Made by a program: the position numbers and the translations under genes. A stretch of 63,852 nt of DNA, the filler included, from Thraustochytrium aureum (Eukaryota), in NCBI GenBank assembly GCA_012862495.1. It is 5 parts of 3 records of this genome, joined end to end, with 100 filler letters (N's around TTAATTAATTAA, not from the genome) between each part and the next. Parts side by side here need not be neighbours in the genome. Positions count along the whole stretch, not along the records: positions 47,211 to 60,954 come from BLSG01000410.1; positions 61,055 to 62,700 come from BLSG01000420.1; positions 62,801 to 63,852 come from BLSG01000425.1; 2 more parts are not named here. One strand, given 5' to 3'. The notes under the pieces were generated by a model. That model was not told where the DNA came from. It saw only the letters and a list, made by a program, of their open reading frames with translations, and did not search any database. Shown piece by piece: positions 56,536 to 63,852 of this stretch; positions within the stretch are counted from its first letter, which is position 1; every line of letters starts with the position of its first letter.

Positions 56536-57568
56536 TTGGATCGGAAGCTGTCCTGGGAGACATTGGACGCGCACAGTCGGGACGCGCGCGTGGCGCAGCG
56601 GCCTGGCGGCGTCGAGCGCGAGCTCGGGACGGCGCTGGTGAACAGCGGCGTCGCGTTCGTGAAGAGGCACTACATGCTGTCGAGCATGTACGTGGTCGGC
56701 GTCGTGCTGGTGCTGTTCGCAACGGGGCTCACGGTGTCGCCAGAGCAGGAGACCGCGTACATGAAGACGCTGTCGAAGATCGACGGCCGCAAGATACAAA
56801 AAGCGCAGCAGCGTGTATGGGTGCTTGACGATCAGTACCGCGGGAGCAAGGGCTGGTTTTCCTGCGACGAGCTCTGCATGGAAAACTATGCGCATCTGCA
56901 GGCCGCGCAGAAGGACCTCGCCGCTGTGGAGAAAGAGTTCGCCGCCATCACCTCCGAGGCGAAGCAGCAGGTGGGTCTATTTAGCGAGTACGGCGTGCAA
57001 GAGGTGCGCGACCTGTTCTGGGCGCAGTTCGCGGGGGGCAAGGACTTTGCCAAGCGGTCGTCCTGGTACGACCTCATCTTCATGAGCATTGTAAGTTGGT
57101 GCACTCGTCGCGGCACGGGCGCCGCTCAGGGCGCGGGGAGCTAGCTAGCTGGACGGGCTGTCGGGGTAGCGCCGCGAAGCTGACTTGTGACCGCGGCCGC
57201 AGGGGTCAATGGGCCGCGACGAGAGCCTGGTCGAGTTTGCCATTCGGTTTATGTTTCAGATGCTTATCAACTTTACCATGGGCTTGATTGCGGCGCTCAT
57301 CGGGTTTTACTGGTATCTGTGGGGCGTGATCTCGACGTACGAGCCCAACTTCTTGCTCGCGCTCGCGTTTTTCGTCCTCGCCTCGACGGCGGCCACTTCG
57401 GTAGTTGTCAGCTACCTTTTAGGTTTGTACTCTGCCGCAGCAGGCTCTGTTTACGTGGCGGCAAAGATCGGCGCTCAGGGCGCTGTGCGCCTGCAGGACG
57501 AGGCGCGACGGCAGCAGGCTTTCTTGCGCGAGCAGCAGGAGCGCGGGCGCCGCCCCCATGCAGAGTAG
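56536..57568 (+). CDS. Conserved-looking multi-pass membrane protein; intron 57091-57202; start codon not established
   Basis: The GTAAGT...CCGCAG intron joins ...LIFMSI|GSMGRDESL in frame. Several TM helices and a SCDELC motif. Confidence 0.7.
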
Positions 57569-59075
57569 ACCGCGCTGGCTGTCTCGCGGTGTAGGCGTCG
57601 GAGCGCGTCGCAGGCCAGCAGTTGCGCACGCCTCTGCCTGGCAGGCGGGCCGGCCTGCAGCGGGGCTTGGGCTCTTCACCGTCTCTCCACAAGACAACTA
57701 GCTGCAAGATGGAGGGGTCCGCAATCAAGTTAACCTTTCTCTTCCTCATTCCTAGATGAAGACAGTTGGCAGGCAGCCTGACACGGGCATNNNNNNNNNN
57801 NNNNNNNNNNNNNNNNNNNNNNNNNNNNNNNNNNNNNNNNNNNNNNNNNNNNNNNNNNNNNNNNNNNNNNNNNNNNNNNNNNNNNNNNNNNNNNNNNNNN
57901 NNNNNNNNNNNNNNNNNNNNNNNNNNNNNNNNNNNNNNNNNNNNNNNNNNNNNNNNNNNNNNNNNNNNNNNNNNNNNNNNNNNNNNNNNNNNNNNNNNNN
58001 NNNNNNNNNNNNNNNNNNNNNNNNNNNNNNNNNNNNNNNNNNNNNNNNNNNNNNNNNNNNNNNNNNNNNNNNNNNNNNNNNNNNNNNNNNNNNNNNNNNN
58101 NNNNNNNNNNNNNNNNNNNNNNNNNNNNNNNNNNNNNNNNNNNNNNNNNNNNNNNNNNNNNNNNNNNNNNNNNNNNNNNNNNNNNNNNNNNNNNNNNNNN
58201 NNNNNNNNNNNNNNNNNNNNNNNNNNNNNNNNNNNNNNNNNNNNNNNNNNNNNNNNNNNNNNNNNNNNNNNNNNNNNNNNNNNNNNNNNNNNNNNNNNNN
58301 NNNNNNNNNNNNNNNNNNNNNNNNNNNNNNNNNNNNNNNNNNNNNNNNNNNNNNNNNNNNNNNNNNNNNNNNNNNNNNNNNNNNNNNNNNNNNNNNNNNN
58401 NNNNNNNNNNNNNNNNNNNNNNNNNNNNNNNNNNNNNNNNNNNNNNNNNNNNNNNNNNNNNNNNNNNNNNNNNNNNNNNNNNNNNNNNNNNNNNNNNNNN
58501 NNNNNNNNNNNNNNNNNNNNNNNNNNNNNNNNNNNNNNNNNNNNNNNNNNNNNNNNNNNNNNNNNNNNNNNNNNNNNNNNNNNNNNNNNNNNNNNNNNNN
58601 NNNNNNNNNNNNNNNNNNNNNNCCCCTCGTTACCTCGCTAGGCGTTTCTCCGAACGCCCCGCCGCAGTGCACACATTGGGTGCTGCGCGTTCCTCTGAAT
58701 GAGGGAGTGCGCGCGACTGGGGTGGGACGGAGAGTGTTCCTGACATGGATGGGCGGCGACGCGCGGTGGCGGCCCGCGGCAGTGCGCGATCGCGTGTGGA
58801 TTTGAGTGCGGCGCCGGGATTGGAGCTGGTTGGTTGACCCGTTCATCGGCCTATCGGTCTCTCGATCGCTTGGCAGATTGATCGCTTGGTTGATTGCTTG
58901 CTTGGCTGCGTGGTTGCTCCTTCAGGTAAGCTTCTCGACGGCCGTGGTGCTTGCTGCGTATGCGGTCTGCTTGCTTGCGCTCTGTCGCTGCTTGTGCCGC
59001 GGCTGACGCGCTGTGTTGTGTGCGTGCTTGGTCGCGACGGGATGGGGTCTCGCCTGCAGCGTGCGGTGCGGAGCG

Positions 59076-60142
59076 ATGGCGGACTCGGCGTCGGTGGACT
59101 TGTGCCTGTTGGCGGTACCGAAGAAGGGCAGGCTGTTTGACAAGTGCGCGGAGCTGCTCAAAGGCGTCGGCATCGATTATGTTCGCGCGGCGAGGCAAGA
59201 TATCGCGTACTGCAGCAACCTGCCGCTGAAGATTGTGTTCCTGCCGGCGAAAGATATCGCGCAGTTCGTTGGGGAAGGCAATGTTGACATCGGCCTGACG
59301 GGCCAAGACAGTAAGTGCTGGGTGGGCCTTTCTCTTGTTGTTTATGCTGTCAACTGCTGCTGGTGTACTTGGCTTTTGCTGGCTTGCCCGGTTGGGCCGC
59401 CCGTCTGCCCGGCGGCATGCAAGAGGCGCGACAGAATGAATCGGGCGGGCGCTGACCGCGAGCGACGTGTTATTCTCCGTTCAACTCCTGCGCAGTGGTC
59501 GCCGAGTCGGACGTCGAGGTGGAGGAGATGATACAGATGGGGTTTGGCAAGTGCAAGCTCGCGCTGCTCGCTCCGTCCGCGTCGCAGATTAAGGACCCCA
59601 AAGAACTCGTTGGCAAACGCATCGCCACGTCGTTCCCGCACTTGACACAAAAGTACATCGACAGCCTCGACCCGGAGCGCGCCGGCACAACCAAGATTCG
59701 CAACATCTCGGGCTCTGTAGAGGCCGCATGCGGGCTTGGCCTTGCAGACGCCGTGGTCGACCTCTGGGAGACTGGCACGACGGCCAAAGCGGCAGGGCTC
59801 GAGATTGTTTCCGTGATCATGCAGACGCAGACAGTGGTGATTTCCAACAAGCACTCAACCCACGAAAGCATGATCCGCGTGCTCAAGAGCCGCATCGAGG
59901 GCTACTTGCTGGCCAAGCAGAACGCAATGATCTACTACAACATCTCGCGCGACAGGCTCGAGGACGCCACCAAGGTGACGCCCGGCAAAAAGAAGCCCAC
60001 CGTGACGCCCCTAGCCGACGACACCTGGTGCTCGGTCGGTGCCATGGTCCAGACCAAGGAGGTCAACAACATCATGGACCAACTCCAGGCCCTCGGCGCT
60101 ACCGACATCTTTGTCGTCGACCTCATGAACTGCCGCTCATGA
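59076..60142 (+). CDS. HIS1: ATP phosphoribosyltransferase, long form; intron 59311-59495
   Basis: AVPKKGRL, LPAKDIAQFVGEGNVDIGLTGQD, GFGKCKL, IATSFP, ISGSVEAAC.LGLADAVVDL.ETGTT and a C-terminal regulatory domain. GTAAGT...CGCAG intron. Confidence 0.97.
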
Positions 60143-60317
60143 GCGCCCCTACCCTTTCACTTGCTAAAACACTCCGCAGAACCACATCAACCGAAACAAA
60201 ATATCGTTTCGCTCGCGCTTCTTCTTCTCTGAATCGCCGAGAGGCCCAGGCGGAGGCGCAGCAAGGCGTTGCCCACGTTCAAGGCTGCCACGATCAGCGG
60301 CCTACTCAGCGGCCTAC

Positions 60318-60954
60318 TTAGAGCAAAATATCCGTGCTTGCGCCCAAGAAGGCGCCGACCAGCACGGCGGCAACGAGCCGCAAATAATGGTTGGTCGCGA
60401 CCCGGTCCATCTTCTCCGCAAACTCGACGACCGCCCGGTCGCCGTACACCTCCTGCGACTGCGGCAGCAGGCTCTCAAACGTCGTGACCAGCGCCAACTC
60501 ATTGCCTTTTCAACTGGTTGCGCACCTTGACGAGGTCCTTCATCGTTTTCGTCGTTCGCGTCGACGCCTGCAGCTGGTGCTTGGAGGGCGTCCAGGCCAA
60601 CAGGGCGGGCGCGCCCAGTTTGTGGAACGCGTCTAGCTCCTCTTGGTCCGTTCCAAGGTACGTCATGATCAGAAACAGGGACAGAACGACCAGAGAAAAC
60701 GTCAGCGCCGTTCGCAACATCCACAGAGGGTTGTGCCAGTCAAACTTTGGCGTTGTCACCTCGACGGTTCGGTCGACCTCGTCCTCTTCGGTTGCGCTCT
60801 CGTCCTCCAGTGCGCTGTGCATTTCCTCGCTGGAAACGCTCGCAGGGCTCTTGCGGACGCCGGGGCTCTTGCTGCGAGCGCGCCGGGGCGACGAGGACAC
60901 CGGCGTCATGAAGGACTTGCCCGACGGCTTCCGCGACGTAGGCCGGGCCGGGGA
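60318..60954 (-). CDS. Hypothetical two-TM membrane protein; 5' end possibly truncated, frameshift near 60507
   Basis: TM LTFSLVVLSLFLIMTYL. After the frameshift the reading continues GNELALVTTFESLLP...LRLVAAVLVGAFLGASTDILL* (TAA at 60318-60320). Confidence 0.5.
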
Positions 60955-61054
60955 NNNNNNNNNNNNNNNNNNNNNNNNNNNNNNNNNNNNNNNNNNNNTT
61001 AATTAATTAANNNNNNNNNNNNNNNNNNNNNNNNNNNNNNNNNNNNNNNNNNNN

Positions 61055-62511
61055 AGACAGAAGGGCCCATGGGGATCAGCCTTGAGAGCAGCGAAGACGG
61101 GCGCGACGCCTTTGTGGTGTCGAGCAGTAACGACCAGGTCAAAGCCGGCCACTGCCTCGTGGCGGTCAACAACCAAGCCCTCGAGGGGCTCACGTTCGAA
61201 GACATCCTGGAAAAGGTCGGGAGCGCGCCCTGGCCGCGCACGCTGAGCTTTAGCGCGCTGCAGCGCAGCGCGGTGGAGAATTCAAGCGGCACGCTGCCCA
61301 TCCCGGACGGGTTTTTCAGCGAACTGGCCGAGCTGACCAGCCAGGAGGAGCAAGAAATCCGCGCGTTCATGGACGGCCACCTGCAGGAGGCCCTCTCGTT
61401 CGTGACGACCCCGCCCGAGGAGAACGGCTTGCGCAAGGCCACCGAGTCGGACGGAATCCAAGTGTTCGAGGGCAACAAGGTGGACTCGGAGGGCGAGCAG
61501 GTCCAGCTCGTCATGTCCAAGGTGCAGATCCCGATCCCCGCAGATCTGATGATGAACGCCGCAGTGACCTCGACCCGGCACGACTTTAAGCGCATCTTCA
61601 CAATGCTCGACCCGATGTTTGGCGACGGCGAAATCTTGCACCGCATCCCCAAGGACTACGACCGGTACGGCGGCAAGACGGTGCGCGCAGAAAACCTCAA
61701 CCTGCCCTGTTACTCGGTCAAGTGGGGCTGCTGGATGTTGCCCTTTCCTCTGTACAACCGTGACTTTGTGTACTGCGAGCTGACCTGCTGGGCGGAGAAC
61801 GGATACGGAGTCTCGATGTGCATGAGCATCCCCAAAATCACGGCCAAAATAAAGAGCCTGGAGGAAAGCCACTCGATCATTCGCGGCAACATGGGCATGA
61901 CGGGCTACTTTTGGCGCAACACGCCGGGCAGCGACCCGAAGAAGCCGCTCGGCAAGAACGCCATGAGCATCGACCTGACCTACATGCTGCAGATCAACAT
62001 CAAGGGTGCGATCCCGCGCTGGGCGGTCAACCTCGTGGGCCCCCAGCAGGGCCTCAACGTCAAGCGCGTCAAGGAATACGCCATGAAGCAGCGCGAGCTC
62101 GCAACCATCTTTTTCGACAACAACACCGAGCTCAACGCGTTCGAGACCCTCAACGCTGTTGTGGACAAGGGCACCACGCACGAGGCCAAAATTACGGTGA
62201 AGGAGGGTTTTGAGCTTGTCTACGAGTGGATTCTCGAGGACCACGACATATACTTTTCCATCCTCGACCCGGACGGCAAGCCTGTCCTGGCCTCTGCTTC
62301 GCACGCCTGCAACATCAAGAACAACACTGCCTGCTACGGCCGGCTCACTGCTGAAAAGGCGGGCGAGTTTACTCTGGTTTGGGACAACACCTCGAGCTGG
62401 TTTACCGCCAAGAAGGTCTACTACCACCAGGTTGCCATCGACCCAGCTGACCCGGTGCCGTGGACCAAGTGGCCCACGCTCGCGGAGGCGCTCGCCATGG
62501 AGAACGAGTGA
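61055..62511 (+). CDS. PDZ + START + GOLD domain lipid-transfer-like protein (5' end truncated)
   Basis: GPMGISL...VKAGHCLVAVNN...PWPRTLSF (PDZ), PFPLYNRDFVY...TYMLQINIKGAIPRWAVN (START), and YEWILEDHDIYFSI...GEFTLVWDNTSSWFTAKKVYY (GOLD). Confidence 0.85.
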
Positions 62512-62881
62512 AACTAACCGCCCTTCGCATCAGGATGCTGCGTGCGTGACATAGACAGAGTGCGTTGGCGAGCGCGCGCGCGCCGAAAAAACTGAGCCGC
62601 CCCGCCGCCGCCGCAGAGGCGTAGGACAGGGCGAAGCTTCAAGGCGACGTCGCTGTCGTTGTGTCCGCAACCAAACGGCGGACCAAGGAATGCCCCCGCG
62701 NNNNNNNNNNNNNNNNNNNNNNNNNNNNNNNNNNNNNNNNNNNNTTAATTAATTAANNNNNNNNNNNNNNNNNNNNNNNNNNNNNNNNNNNNNNNNNNNN
62801 CTGCGCGCCAAGTCGCTTTTCCCAACCGCGCAGCGCCAAAAAAGCAACACAGCAAAAAGAAAGACATTCACAAAGAGATTT

Positions 62882-63852
62882 CTAGCCCTTGCGGGGGCGC
62901 TTGGCTTGCGGTTTGGCTCCGCCCTTTGGCTTGCCTTTGCCTTTGGCAGCTGGCGCGCCCTTGCGCCGCTGCGCATGAGTGGATCGCTCCAAGCGCTCCT
63001 CCCAGCCGCGCTCTTTGGCGTTGCGCGAGTCGCGACCAGCGCCCTCCAGGAGCTCGGCAAAGTCCTCAGCGCTCGCAAAGGTAGACTTGACGCCAGCGGC
63101 GCGGCCGCGCTTTTTCGACGGTTGGGCCTCGCTCTCGCTTGCGTAGTCGTCTTCCTCGCCGTCTTCGTCGCTGCTGACCCCAGCAAACACGTCAGCGTCG
63201 TCCGAGTCGTCATCGTCCGAGTCGTCGTTCATGAGCTCGCCCTCGCCGTCGTCCAGTTCGCCGTCCAGCACGGGCTCGTCCTCGTCCTCGTCGCTGGAAT
63301 CCTCGTCGTCGTCGCCAAAGACTGCATCGTCCCCGAGGTCGACGGCGACCTTGGGGGCGCGCGCCGTCTCGGGGATGTCGTCTTCGTCGTAGTCAAAATC
63401 GATCTCGTCGTCGGCGTCGACGTCCGGGTTGCCGTGCTCCTTTCTGAGCATGTCCAGAGCCAGCTTGTTCGCAAACTGGTCGAGCTCTTCTTCGTCGTCG
63501 TGCAGGAAGGGGTCCGACGAGCGGTTGGCCGCTTTCTCGACGAGCAGCTTGTTGGCCAGCTCGGCGCGAGCGTCCTTGCCGGCGTTCTGCGCCTTGGTGT
63601 AAAAGTAGTCGTGGAAGAACTGCTCGTCCACGCCGATCCGGGACTTGTCCTTGAGCAGAAACTTGGCCGAGTTGGTGGCCAGCTCGCCGGCCTTGCGGCC
63701 CACGCGGCTCACGCGGCCGTGCATGCCGAATACGGACTTGCGCGTTGCGCCCTTGAGGTTGTCGATGTCCGCCTGCCTCGGCTTGCGGTACACAAACCGG
63801 TCCAGGAACGCGCTTGCGCTAAAGTCGCGCAGCGGGTCCCCGTCGTACGTGA
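62882..63852 (-). CDS. NOC1: CEBPZ/Noc1/Mak21 ribosome biogenesis factor, C-terminal part
   Basis: YDGDPLRDFSASAFLDRFVYRKP, DEQFFHDYF, an acidic tract, FASAEDFAELL and a basic tail. Confidence 0.88.
   Translation of the reverse strand, partial: TYDGDPLRDFSASAFLDRFVYRKPRQADIDNLKGATRKSVFGMHGRVSRVGRKAGELATNSAKFLLKDKSRIGVDEQFFHDYFYTKAQNAGKDARAELANKLLVEKAANRSSDPFLHDDEEELDQFANKLALDMLRKEHGNPDVDADDEIDFDYDEDDIPETARAPKVAVDLGDDAVFGDDDEDSSDEDEDEPVLDGELDDGEGELMNDDSDDDDSDDADVFAGVSSDEDGEEDDYASESEAQPSKKRGRAAGVKSTFASAEDFAELLEGAGRDSRNAKERGWEERLERSTHAQRRKGAPAAKGKGKPKGGAKPQAKRPRKG

Noticed and set aside
2300..60600. Genome-wide programmed frameshifting or mass pseudogenisation
   Set aside because: No shared slippery motif. 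Breaks hit conserved genes with otherwise intact motifs, and some fall in homopolymers, so sequencing error is the simpler explanation.

Overview
GC-rich, gene-dense, intron-poor eukaryotic DNA from a fragmented draft assembly. It has many N gaps, four N-TTAATTAATTAA-N contig linkers and more than 12 apparent single-base frameshifts. Gene content (ciliary DZIP1, roadblock, ATAT1 and FAM227; HisG; WAVE; few short GT-AG introns) fits a flagellated heterotrophic protist; a thraustochytrid-like stramenopile is my inference, not something the sequence proves. About 30 protein-coding genes are recognisable. I found no rRNA, tRNA or CRISPR array. The most unusual elements are: (1) a divergent pair made of a CHAT/caspase-like protease fused to an uncharacterised helical domain, and a probably mitochondrion-targeted protein with three tandem DnaQ/DEDDh domains (one intact, two degenerate); (2) a membrane-anchored PL4 rhamnogalacturonan lyase with a circularly permuted F-type lectin; (3) a SCAR/WAVE protein carrying at least 4 CCDC53-like repeats and about 6 WH2-like motifs; (4) an SH3-fused minimal lipin; (5) a bacterial-like KstD-type flavoprotein/SDR pair; and (6) a gag-like zinc-knuckle ORF. 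All family assignments come from motif recognition by eye; no searches were run.
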